From Octopus sinensis (taxonomy: Eukaryota): a stretch of 64,000 bases of DNA. The notes below the pieces were generated by a model, which worked only from the letters and a program-made list of their open reading frames with translations, was not told the origin of the DNA and did no database searches. Location: contig NC_043001.1 of assembly GCF_006345805.1 (NCBI RefSeq), forward strand, positions 95,170,001 to 95,234,000, read 5' to 3'. Below, piece after piece: positions 39,785-52,218 of the stretch (position 1 is the first letter of the stretch; the number at the start of each line of letters is the position of its first letter). The position numbers and the translations under genes are program-made.

Positions 39785-40863
39785 ATGTAAATTATTACGA
39801 ATCTTGAGACCATACTTACAATTCTTCGTGATTATTCATTAAAATGACTTGGCCTGGCAAATGCTGTTTAAAAATAATAGGACTATACTTGAGGAAATTT
39901 TACTCATTATTTGAATTCCAATCTCACAAGACCACCATGCCATAGATGCCATACAAATACTCCAATTAAACATTCCACATTCATAAATTTCTTTAGAAAG
40001 CGTTTTTATTTCAATAGTTATATTACATAATAAACCACAATGCATAATAGTTTCCAAGGGTATGAATGAAGATATTAATAACATATTGAATGCAGGTTGT
40101 ATCTCCTCCCATAAGCAGATTTAATTACAGTGAAATAAGAACGAGAATTCATAGACAGAACCAGAGGTAATTTTCAGTACAGATTATTTAATTGGACACC
40201 CATGCATAATAATCAGTACATGATAATAACGTACATTTTTTTTATCGATGCTGGCATCATGGAAGACAAATTCTATATTTCTGGACTTTGAAAGCATTAC
40301 CTAGAGACATAGCATAATTTGAAGAGTCGAAATTTAATGGGCTAGGGGAGACTGAATAATCGACATTTATATGAATATTTTCATATGGCTAAAATTCAAA
40401 TTATGTTGAGTGATTGACTCAATAACGATTGCTAAACTACTCATTACAATTTAAATAGAAGACTAGAAAAATATACAAGTTCTGTTTTCAGACACTACGA
40501 ATATGAAAGATTACATCAATATTTTACAAAAATATGAACACAGAAACAAAACAAAATATCACCGACGTTATTTAAAAGTCAAACAATCTTTTTCGAACTA
40601 TTTAAATAATTATTACGCTATAAAAATATACGCAACATAGAATTTATAAAGAGAGAGATATATAACAAATCAATTACATTTCAAACTGTTTTATGTGTAT
40701 GAAATTCCAAAACCGATATCAATATTTTATTCGAGATGAAATGTTTGTGTTTGCACAATAGGAACCTTAAATTAAACAAAAATTTTACATAATAGGTGAG
40801 AAAAATTTACTAAAGTATATTATGTGAATAATATATTTGTAAGCTTATAATATTTATATCCAC

Positions 40864-40920
<57 letters not shown>
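40864..40920. repeat. (TATC)n microsatellite
   Basis: Directly visible. Confidence 0.95.
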
Positions 40921-41426
40921 CTTATCTATCTACATATATATATGTATGTGTGTGTGTGTGTGTGGGCGTGTGTGTGTGGGCGTGTGTGTGTATGTGTGTG
41001 TGTGGGCGTGTGTGTGTATGTGTGTGTGTGGGCGTGTGTGTGTTTTTGCGTTTGCAAAATGCACATACTTGCACACATACACAAATACACAGACACACAC
41101 ACACACATATGTATATATATATATATATATATTTATATAGTTACGCACATAAACACATGGGTGCGCACATACTCGCGCAGAAATATACATATATCTATTA
41201 ATGTTTTAGGGAAATATCTTTCCCTCCTTTTCTAATTCATTTTCCTTTTACCGTGATCATTATCATTATCTTCATTTTGGCCTAGTAATTTTCCTCCGCC
41301 TCCTCCTTCTACTACTGCTACTACTGCTGCTGCCACTACTACCACTACTACTATTGTTAACGCTGCGAATGCTGGTACTGCAATTATTAGTAGTATTAGT
41401 AGCAGTAGTAGCATTCATAATACCGT

Positions 41427-41506
<80 letters not shown>

Positions 41507-41622
41507 CAGGTAGTATCGTTCTTATTTTTCCCTGCTGATGCTCGTGTTATTGCCATCTTAGAATATCTGTAGGTGCTTCATCAAAATCAACACAAATATG
41601 AATGCAGGGTTAACAAAGAACT

Positions 41623-41665
<43 letters not shown>

Positions 41666-41753
41666 ATATATATATGTACGCTCACAAAAAGCAACATCGA
41701 AATACAAACACACACACACACACATATATATATATACATATATGCATACATAC

Positions 41754-41791
<38 letters not shown>

Positions 41792-43281
41792 ACAATTGTG
41801 TTTGTTGTAACCCTCTCTTACACACACTCACTTACTCATACACACTCACACTCATATATGCTTATATCGTTTTTCTATTCATGTTCTGCTCTCATGTGAA
41901 AATAGTAATGAGATATTGCAGTGATAACATTCATGACATGGCGATAAACTTCACACATCTTATAACGGCTCTAATGGCCATTACGTTATATTCATTGATT
42001 ATTTGGCTGCTGTAGCGATATTTACGTCAATCGGGGTTAATGGGGTGGTGACGTTTTTAGGAGAGTCTAGTAATGCTTTAGAACCATGTTACTCTATGTA
42101 TGTGTCTGTTTTATATTATGGTTTAGAATTTTCGATATGTGCTCGATATATCAATAAACGTGTGGCTCTTGCTGAACTAGACATTCTTGCATTTAAAAGT
42201 CAGCAAAAGAGATACGTTTGTGGTTATATTTTAATTCTCAATAACTTTCATTTTCATCTGAGTGTCTTTGCATATAATGCAATAAAGAGAAGAAATGGCT
42301 GACTACCTGTTTGTTTGCGAGCTGATAACAAACTTCAAACATTAATAACTGGGTGTGCATAAATAATATAGGAGTGAAGTGTAATATCGTTATGCACTAT
42401 TTCCAAGCTTCGGAATTCTTTGATCAGTAACATGAGTTTATATTCAATCATAAACCTGAAATATTAAAGATAGTATCTAAACATTTTAAGGGGTGGGACA
42501 ATGACGTATTGCAAATGTGTTAACTTCGAAAGCGTTGCACCCAAATAATTTTCTATGCACCTATTTGCATAATCATTAGGGCAATAAGGACTTCACATCT
42601 CAAAGGCCAATGCCTATATATAATTGGTCTTTATATAATTGGTGTTAATGTATTTTTAAGTGTACCACTATGGTGAAGTTGTTAAACAGGATATGGAAAT
42701 GAAGTAAAATCTAGTGAAATTATTTATTTTATACACCTACATGTTTCAAAGGCATCAATTACAACTCGCTTGCACTCGCAAAAACAAGCACGTACGCATA
42801 CATATAACCAAATATATACATAAATGAATTTATAATGTATGTATATGTCAATTTGATTCAGCACAAATCGTGAATGATATCGGATCCCTAAAGTTGGAAA
42901 CAATATATAAGATTATCTCATTTATGTTCGTAACACCAACAGGGTGATCGAAGCCTTTGGGAGCAAAAGAATGGTTTAGGCGCGCCCTGAGACTAGAATT
43001 TGTTAGTTTCTAATAATCATTTATTATGTACTGCTGAATGAATTCAAATTTATACTATAGCAGGCTAGACAATGATGTCAACATGCAAATCTATTTTTCC
43101 CTTTCGTATTATTTGCAAAGACAAATCACCATTTAAGACAATATATTGATAATATCACAAGTAACGATCACAATGACAATTTTATAAGAGCTAATAAGGA
43201 CGATAATGGTAATAATAATAATAATATAAATAATGATAATAATAATAATGATGATGATGATTATGATGACATTAATACCAA

Positions 43282-43325
<44 letters not shown>

Positions 43326-43379
43326 ATAATAATACTAATAATAATAAAATAATAATAATATAATAATAATAATAATAAT

Positions 43380-43553
43380 GAAAAGAAGCACAGCACCAGT
43401 GGTGATTGGCGCGTTAGGGCTAATCAAAAAGGGCCTTGATAAGCAGCTCAACAAACTCCCTAATGTGGAAGAACTTCAGAAAATAGTATTGCTAGGTTCC
43501 GCATACATTTTATGCCGTGCACTCTCAATGAGATGAGAACCTGCTGTGACCCA
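43380..43553 (+). mobile_element. Severely 5'-truncated R4/Dong-type LINE 3' end embedded in (TAA)n
   Basis: APVVIGALGLIKKG...EELQKIVLLGSAYILCRALSMR* matches the ORF end at 48970-49119. TAA tracts lie on both sides. Confidence 0.75.
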
Positions 43554-43562
43554 AATAATAAT

Positions 43563-43594
<32 letters not shown>

Positions 43595-43599
43595 CTAAT

Positions 43600-44060
43600 A
43601 AAAGATGGGCTACAGCAAATATTCTGCTCAATACCACAGATTTGCTTGTCAGTTGTTTGACCTTAACCAGTGAGCATGTCCCTTAGTGGCTGACGATATG
43701 TGCATCTCTGATCACGAGCAGAAGTAGTGGGGGAGCATCATAGCCATGTGTTGAGAAGGATTCTTTGGGGTTTGAATAATTCACCTCTGGAAACAGGTGT
43801 TTCGTTCAACGTCCTTAAACAACCCTTATTCAGGGACCTTTTGAGCGGGATGGGTTACTCGATCTGAAGAAAATTCCAACTGGCTCCACCTGCAAGGTCA
43901 TGTGCTGTTTATATTGATATGAGATCACCATGTCGCGCACATATGGTTGTGATGCATGTGCCTGGTGTACCCTTATCAGACGGGTAGTCATGATGGGTAT
44001 ACTGGGCTTCGTATATTTTACCCCAGTGTCACTTTGATGGCATGCTCTGCTCGCTCACTC
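43600..44060 (+). mobile_element. ~460-bp non-coding, GC-richer element flanked by (TAA)n on both sides (candidate non-autonomous retroposon)
   Basis: Sharp boundaries with TAA tracts and no LINE-like ORF. Strand is inferred from the TAA orientation only. Confidence 0.5.
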
Positions 44061-44114
44061 AATAATAATAATATAATAATAATAATGATAATGATAACAA
44101 TAATAATAATAATG

Positions 44115-44147
<33 letters not shown>

Positions 44148-44191
44148 TAATAATGATAATAATAATAATAAAAATAATCATATAAATAATA

Positions 44192-44223
<32 letters not shown>

Positions 44224-44251
44224 TGATACTAATAATAATAAAAATAATAAA

Positions 44252-44295
<44 letters not shown>

Positions 44296-44312
44296 GAAAA
44301 ATAATAATAATA

Positions 44313-44373
<61 letters not shown>
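44061..44373. repeat. (TAA)n microsatellite, ~310 bp
   Basis: Directly visible. Confidence 0.95.
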
Positions 44374-44375
<2 letters not shown>

Positions 44376-45308
44376 GAATCAGAATAAGGCGGCTGGACGT
44401 GACAGAGGATGGACGTATTTTTACGATGCTCTGAACTGGCAACAGCGAACCCAGCAGGTCAACTGTAGAAAACTGGAAGATCTACTGTTTACTGTAAGTA
44501 ATTGAATTACCCTCAAAATAAGTAAAAAAAAAAAAAAAAACTTACATATCTACAGCTCATACAAACGTACACCTAACAAGAAAAATTAGAAACATAAATA
44601 TCTCCAATTCTGTGTGAACATTTACATTTAGTCGTCTCTCATGACTATAAGAATGTGTAAAATTGCCTTTTAAATAATTTACTTTTATTGTAACAACACA
44701 ATTAAATGCACGATAAAAAGTTATGGAATTAAGCACCTACTACTATATACATACAACTGAATTCAGAAATTTAAAAATATATACATAACATTGAACTCAG
44801 AAAGTTATTTAAAAAAAGAAAAAAAAATCTTCAACGAAAACATCAGATAATATGTGTGAGTGAATATACATATATATACATATACATATGCATGTGGTGA
44901 AGAAGAAAAGAGAAAGGAAAAAATAAATAAATAAATAAATAAACGTAAACAGGTTTGACCTTTTACTGACCATTAACGTCCTTTGTCTCCACCATCTACC
45001 GTAGCTATTTATAGACCCAAAGAACATGAATTCTTTAACCACCCATTCTCCAACACAATGGAGTGTTGATGGTGGCTGTGGCTACACATAAAACAATGTC
45101 ATTGAAGATGATGATGGTGATGGTGATGTTGCTGATGATGGTGATGGTGGTGAAGATGATAGTAATAACAATAATAACTGACAGATCCCGTCTTTTTCCC
45201 TTTCTTTTCGTTTCCTTCTCCGTATTTTATTCTCATTATTTCGAACTAATACAGACACAGTAAGCCTTGAAGAAAGGAAGAGGAGGAAAGGAAAAAAAAA
45301 AAAAAAAA

Positions 45309-48300
45309 ATGTCCGGAGATAAAATATCAACAAAAAAAATACAGACGAATATAGATCTGCTAGTCTTAAGAAGCGCGCTTGAGCAATGCTTACATGTAGT
45401 GAACCCTAGACTGACAGATCCATCTCCTAATATAAGAATGGATGCTCGTCATGCTTCAAGGTCAACAAATCAAACAATAAACCGCATTGGTCATTGCGCG
45501 GATTACAAAAGACCACGTACCCGAAAATTGAACCAAATCCTGATTGAAAAATCAGTTACTGGATCAATCTTCCCAACACACAGGAGCTGGACGACCCCAC
45601 AACCGGAATATTCCAACAGATGGCCATCCATGCTCATCACCAAATCATCAAAAGAAAAAGAAGGAAAAATGGTCTAGGGAAGATAATAAAGAAGTTCTTG
45701 AGGCCTTCTACCATGCCATATATTTCCCCACAGATAAGTCTAGCACTGTACAAGCATACTTAAACTGGAGACAGAAACACCCTGAAGTAAGACCCTACAT
45801 AGACAGTAACAAGCTTGCCAATGTTAGAAGAAACATTATAAAAAAGAAATTACTGACTGAAGTAGAGATTGATCAGGTTAGACAAGCAATATCGGATAAA
45901 ATGAACGAAGCTGCAGCTAGAGAAGATAATACAGAGGAAATGATTATAGACCAGCCCAGGGCGGATAAAAACGAAGAGAGGATTGAAAGAGTTAGTATAA
46001 GTGATAGGCAAAGTGAAATACGCCCTGAACCAATCATAAACACTAAGACAGATGAGCATCAAATAGATAAAGAAAGTCACACAAATATTGACCCAACAGA
46101 ACTACATGAGCTAAAAATCAAATCATGATTGAATGGCTGAAAATTAAAGAAACCAGCATGGATGAGCGTGATACACTTCCTAAAATCCGCAACTCTAACC
46201 AAAACATGAAAATAATTGGTAAAATCCGGCTTGCACTTAAGGATATAATTTCAGTTAATGATGTTGATATCACAAACCTCAACCACCTATACTATGCATC
46301 CGCGAAAATCTCAACGATCCTATGTGGTGTAAAGATTAGAAAACGGCAACAGTCCCACAAAAAGCCTTCTTGGCAAGAGCGTCTGCAACAACAAATTAAA
46401 ATATTTAGATCTGACATTGAATATTTGAAAAACCTTAAGGCTCACAAGATACCAAACCTACAAAAACCCAAAAATTACTGAAAAAATACAATATGAAATA
46501 TGAAAACTATACTTGATATTGATGCCACCATAGAAACCATCAAACAAAAGGTATCTGCCAAAGCTGCCCGCATAGCGAGGTATGAAAAGCGTGTTAGATT
46601 TTTCAAGGACAACAACATGTTCAAAAATAACACCAAGAATTTTTACAGGAAGATAGGAAAAACAGCGTTTACTGCAGGGTCTGTACCATCAAAAGAAGAA
46701 GTGCAGAGATTTTGGAATAAAATCTGGGCAGAAGAAAAAACACACAACGAAAAGGCCCCCTGGATTGACAGAATATCTACAGAACTGGACCCCTTAGAAG
46801 AGCAAAAGTGGGAGGGTGTCAAGGTAGAAGATATAAGATCTGCTCTCAGGAGGTCAAGCAAATGGAAGTCTCCAGGAAAGGATAAAATTCCTAACTTCTG
46901 GCTGAATGCCTTCCCAGAGAGCCATGAACTGCTAACAGAACTGTACAATGATGTTTTGCAACACCCTAGTAGGATGCCTCCTTGGCTAGTTAATGGGTTA
47001 ACATTCCTGCTTCCAAAAAGTGAAGAAACAAATGAACCAAAAAACTATAGACCCATAACCTGCTTAACAACTATGTACAAAACACTAACATCTGTCCTGA
47101 CGGAATATACCTATAGTTTTTTAACAGACAGCAGCATATTCCCTAATGAACAGAAAGGATGTAAACGTGGATCCTACGGCTGTAAAGACCAACTACTCAT
47201 CAATAAGATGATCTTAGAAGATTGTCAAACGACACAAAAACTTATCAATAGCCTGGATAGACTATAAAAAGGCTTTTGATAGCCTACCACATAGCTGGAT
47301 TAGGAAATGCCTTGAAATGTATAAGATAGCACCAACTCTGCGAAACTTCTTGACTGTAAGTATGAGATCATGGAGAACCACACTAACTCTGAACAGTGAC
47401 AGTGAATCCCTAAATGCTGGTGATGTAAAATTTCGTGTGGCATTTTCCAGGGTGACTCACTGTCACCACTCCTCTTTTGTTTATCCTTAATTCTCTCTCA
47501 AGCTGCTCAATGATGCGCAGTACGGGTATAAAATGTTTGAAAAATATAAATCATCTCGTTTACATGGATGATTTAAAGCTTTTTGCAAAAAATGATCAAC
47601 AACTCAAGGGCTTACTAGCGATAGTCAAACAATTCAGTGACGACATCAGAATGCAATTCGGCCTCGATAAATGTGCAAAGGCTACCTTTATCAAAGGAAA
47701 AATGACAGAAACATCTAACGTTAACCTTGACCAACAGAATGTCATAAAAGAACTAGACCCAGCGGAGAGCTACAAGTACCTAGGGATAATTGAAGGGAAC
47801 GGAATAAGGCATTCAGAGATGAAGAAAGGATCAGGAGAGAATGCTATCGAAGAGTGAGAGCAATACTCAAGACAGAGCTGAATGCAAGAAACAGGATCGA
47901 AGCAATCAATGCATTAGCTATACCAGTCGTGACTTACAGTTTCAATATTGTTAACTGGTCAATTACTGAAATATGTCAGCTCGACAGAAAAATAAGGAAA
48001 CTGTTGACAATGCATAGAATGCACCACCCTAAGGCAGATACAGAACGACTCTATCTGCCAAGAAAAGAGGGAGGCCGTGGTCTTTTGCAACTGGCAATAA
48101 CAATGAAGATTGCTACAATTGGCCTAGACACCTACCTGAAAAACTCTGAGGACTGGATGCTAAAACTTGTCTCAAAACATGAAAACAAGAAAGCATCATA
48201 CTCAGTCACAAAACAGGCAAAGGAATATCTAAGTGAATTCCGAATACAACCAATTTCGGAATTAGAGATAGATATACAAGAAACAAGCACAGAAAAAGCT

Positions 48301-49119
48301 AGGCGCATGAAAACCCGTGCCAAAACTGCGGCCTTAGATATTCTGAATAATAAATGGCAAGAAAAACCTCTCTATGGCAAATACCCAAAGAGAGCGAATA
48401 ATGCAGATATCGACAAAGCCCTGACCCATCAATGGCTAATGGCCTCTGGCTTAAAATCTGAAACAGAGGGGTTTATCATAGCAGCTCAAGATCAATGCCT
48501 ACCAACAAGAAACTACCAGGCCAACATATTAAAGATCAGAAGCAGTCCAACGTGTCGTGTATGCAAGCAACAAAATGAAACCATTGACCATGTGGTCTCC
48601 AAGTGCAGTCTTCTAGCGCCTACAGAGTATCTCAACAGGCACGATAGAGCTGCACAATATATTCACTGGGTAATCTGTAAAAACCTGGATTTGCCCCATG
48701 AAAAAAACTGGTGGGAACACAAACCACCCCCAGTGCTTGAAAATGACCACATCTCACTCCTCTGGAACTTCACCATTCAAACTGACAGGAAGATAGATGC
48801 AAATAGGCCAGACATCATATTGAAAAACTTCAAACAAAGAACATGCCTCCTCATTGATATGACTGTCCCAATCGATATAAACGTATCTGTCAAGACCTAC
48901 CAAAAACTGAGCAAATATAAAGATCTTGAAATAGAAATCAGCAAAATGTGGAAGCTGAAGACTAAAACAATACCTGTTGTCATAGGTGCCCTGGGAATGA
49001 TAGCAAAAGGGGCTGATAGCTACCTAACTCAGATACCAGGAAACCCAAAAATGGCAGAAGTTCAAAAGATAGTGCTCATGGGAACTGCTCATATCCTACG
49101 CAAAATACTCTCTATGTAA
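45309..49119 (+). pseudogene. Frameshifted R4/Dong polyprotein ORF (RT + CCHC + REL endonuclease)
   Basis: NYRPITCLTTMYK, EQKGCK, WIDYKKAFDS, GIFQGDSLSP (frameshifted), YMDD at 47561-47572, CRVCKQQNETIDHVVSKC (48553-48606), RHD, RPDIIL...IDMTVP...KLSKYKDL. The ORF is split across the track ORFs 45267, 45544, 46125, 46500, 47477 and 47854. Confidence 0.9.
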
Positions 49120-49357
49120 TCTCAAGGTTTAAAACAACACATAATTTTCGGTTTAAAAAAAAAAAGAAAAAAAAAACTTTTTTTTTTAGACATTCATTAG
49201 TACAACATCCCCACCCCCCAAATATATGGCACACTAGGCATAACAACAACATGAACTTCCAACCCTGTTGTCTCTTGAGGTCTCTGGGTGAGACTTGGAG
49301 CCAACTTGTACAAATATAAAGCAAAAGTCAAACATAGAATAATAATAATAATAATAA
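45309..49357 (+). mobile_element. Near-full-length R4/Dong-clade non-LTR retrotransposon (family 1) with (TAA)n tail; 5' boundary uncertain (may extend to ~45180)
   Basis: Single-ORF architecture: RT, then a CCHC zinc knuckle, then a PD-(D/E)xK restriction-like endonuclease. A ~220-bp 3' UTR is followed by a (TAA)n tail at 49338-49357. Confidence 0.93.
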
Positions 49358-49369
49358 CTATTATTATTT

Positions 49370-49560
49370 CAACCTTCAGATCAAGATCTACAACTTTGGT
49401 GGATGTTGTAAGTCGATTATATTCAGCGACTACTCATCCTGAAACGACGAAACGATAAGCTGACTTCGGTGTGTATAGAACTCAAAACGTAAAGTAACGG
49501 ACGAACTGCCACTACTCATTTTTCACAGCGTGCTAGCGATGCTGCAAGCTGGCCGGCTTA
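49370..49560 (-). mobile_element. Degraded family A SINE, tail-to-tail with the R4/Dong element
   Basis: Contains gtaagtcgattatat, agaactcaaaacgtaa and gtgctagcgatgctgcaagctggccg, the reverse complement of the family A head and body. Confidence 0.5.
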
Positions 49561-49773
49561 ATAACGACACTGAAAATATTATTGAAAATATTAATATTAA
49601 TGGTATTAACAATAATAATAAAATTACACCAATCAGAGTGATTTCCTTGTACTTACTTTAGCTTCTACCTGAATAGAGATTGAATTTGCAACATAAAGGC
49701 AAAGCAATTCTTAAAGGCATTTAGTCTGGCGATGTTACGATTGTAATAATTCGCGGCATTCTTAAAAATAATG

Positions 49774-49840
<67 letters not shown>

Positions 49841-50123
49841 TAATATTAATAATAATAACAAAAAGAAGATGAAATGGAAGAAGAAGTAGAGGAAGAAGTT
49901 GAGGAAGAAGAATGTGACGACGATGATGGCGATGAGGACCGCGCCGATGATGATGATGATGATGATGATGACGACGATAAAGGAAAAGGAAAACGAACGT
50001 GAAAAACATGATGAAGAAGAATAGTAAGAAATAGTAGTAATTAAGGTGGTGGCGGTGGTGGTTCTAGTAGTTGTAGTAATAGTAATAGTAGTAGTAGTAT
50101 TTCTATTATTATGATCATTATTA

Positions 50124-50216
<93 letters not shown>

Positions 50217-50590
50217 TAGTAGTAGTAGTTATCGCTCATTTGAAAAATTCTTATATGTGTTTCATTCGTTGCATATGTGTGCGGAAGCCTATTATTATGT
50301 AATTAAATGCTCGAATATCTATCAAGAGAAATTTCAAAACCGTAGACGAAAATTTGTTAAATGTTTCAAAAAGCATGTAAGTAAACACCTTTTAAAGGTG
50401 ATTAATGACATGAAATATTGATTGAAGAATAAATTTTCAACAAGAAAATGCAAATTTGCAGGTAATTATATGAATTTGCAGGTAATTATATGAATTATCT
50501 GCTTTAGAGATATGGCATGGTATAAAGTGTTTTCTTCGTTTAGTGAGTTCTTTATATATATGGACATCTATTTATCTATCTATCTCCCTC

Positions 50591-50696
<106 letters not shown>

Positions 50697-50781
50697 AAAC
50701 ATAGTAAAAGGCGATAAAATAAATTATTATTGCCGGTGATCTAGCACAAAATATATTTTAGCCATAGGCTATATGTTATTC

Positions 50782-51033
50782 ATATATAAGTACATTAAAA
50801 GGCTTCTAAAAGAAGAAGTGAGTACTAGATACACAAAAGTTGGATAAATTTAGTGAAATGAAAATCAAAAACGTTTACAAACTCGGTTCATCTTATACTG
50901 CAGTTCCGAAAAAGACGAAACTGTAGTATAAGATGAACCGAGTTTGTAAACGTTTTTAATTTTCATTTCACTAAATTTATCCAACTTTTGTGTATCTAGT
51001 ACTCACTTCTTCTTTTAGAAGCCTTTTAATGTA

Positions 51034-51040
<7 letters not shown>
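50782..51040. repeat. Long near-perfect inverted repeat (~125-bp arms, short loop)
   Basis: 50782-50905 is the reverse complement of 50919-51040, with 2 mismatches by manual comparison. The right arm runs into (TA)n. Confidence 0.95.
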
Positions 51041-51084
<44 letters not shown>

Positions 51085-51087
<3 letters not shown>

Positions 51088-51160
51088 TTTCTTTATTGGC
51101 TACACAGGGCTGCACACAGATGGGACAAATTACAAGGTAGAGCTTTTCTTTTGGGGGATG
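51085..51160 (-). mobile_element. SINE-type 3' tail fragment
   Basis: Reverse complement ...ttgtcccatctgtgtgcagccctgtgtagccaataaagaaac resembles the family A tail. Confidence 0.4.
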
Positions 51161-51662
51161 AAAAAAACAAAACCAAAAAACAAAAGAAACAAAATAAAAA
51201 GTGGCGTAGGTTTTCGATCAAAAGGGATCGTAAAAGGGAAAAACGAAAAAGCAAGAAAAAAAAGAAAAAAGGAAAAAAGGAAAAGGAACAAAAGAAAAGA
51301 AAATTGAAAAAAGAAGAAAATAGAGGGAAAGAAGGGGAAGAGAAAAAAAGCGATCAATAGGGATCGTGTATCACAGTGTCATGATGTAAGGTGTAAAGGA
51401 GAAAGCAGATGAGGTTTATCCGTGGGAAGAAAAGCCAACGAAAAAGACCACGGTAGCCTGGGTCAATATTGTTATATGTTACCACATTTGTTTGCAAGTG
51501 GGTAACCCTCTGATTTCAAGTTCTGGGTTCATAGGATTATTCTCAAGGTGGCTTCGTCATTCATACGTGCCATCCTTGCTACATTCACCCATCTTTTTTT
51601 AAAACATTTGCAAGACAAAACTTGCCTCTCTACTCTCACTTTTCAAGTGGTACTTGAAGAAT

Positions 51663-51742
<80 letters not shown>
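51663..51742. repeat. (GATA)n microsatellite
   Basis: Directly visible. Confidence 0.95.
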
Positions 51743-52053
51743 GTTTCAGAGACAGCATCACCCTCAAGAAACTCAATCATCATTGAACGTCATTATCTAC
51801 GATAGGTATATATAGGACTAAATATTAAAAATTATTAATATTTATATCTACAATTCTTATTCTAAATCATAGACATTACATTATATAAACTACGTGCGTT
51901 TTATACAGTGCAACGTATGTGATTTAGAATAATAATTCTAGATATTAATTTTAATATTTTTTAATATTTAGTGATATATGTACCCATCGTGGATAATGCT
52001 GTTCAATGATGATTGAGTCGATTGAGGGTAATTCTGTCTCTTAAACCTATCTA
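51735..52053. repeat. Diverged inverted repeat (~133-bp arms, 52-bp spacer, ~86% identity)
   Basis: 51735-51868 versus the reverse complement of 51921-52053 shows about 18 mismatches by manual count. Both outer ends terminate in tagatagg/cctatcta. Confidence 0.9.
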
Positions 52054-52152
52054 AATATATATGTATATAATACAGTGAGTAATTCATCTTAGTACCCCTA
52101 AATTGAACTTCTCATCCCTGTGGACTCGGAAATAAGATGCCTAATATTAATA

Positions 52153-52218
<66 letters not shown>

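Noticed and set aside
49768-50230. (TAA)n versus (TTA)n/(TAG)n inverted arrangement and the associated poly-N/T/I/L ORFs
   Set aside because: Complementarity is a trivial consequence of abundant simple repeats, and the ORFs are SSR translations.
50448-50496. Octamer motif ATGCAAAT next to a 20-bp tandem duplication
   Set aside because: A single 8-mer is expected by chance in 64 kb of AT-rich DNA, and there is no promoter context.
51130-51360. Lys/Arg-rich and Phe-rich ORFs
   Set aside because: Translation of a low-complexity A/G-rich tract.
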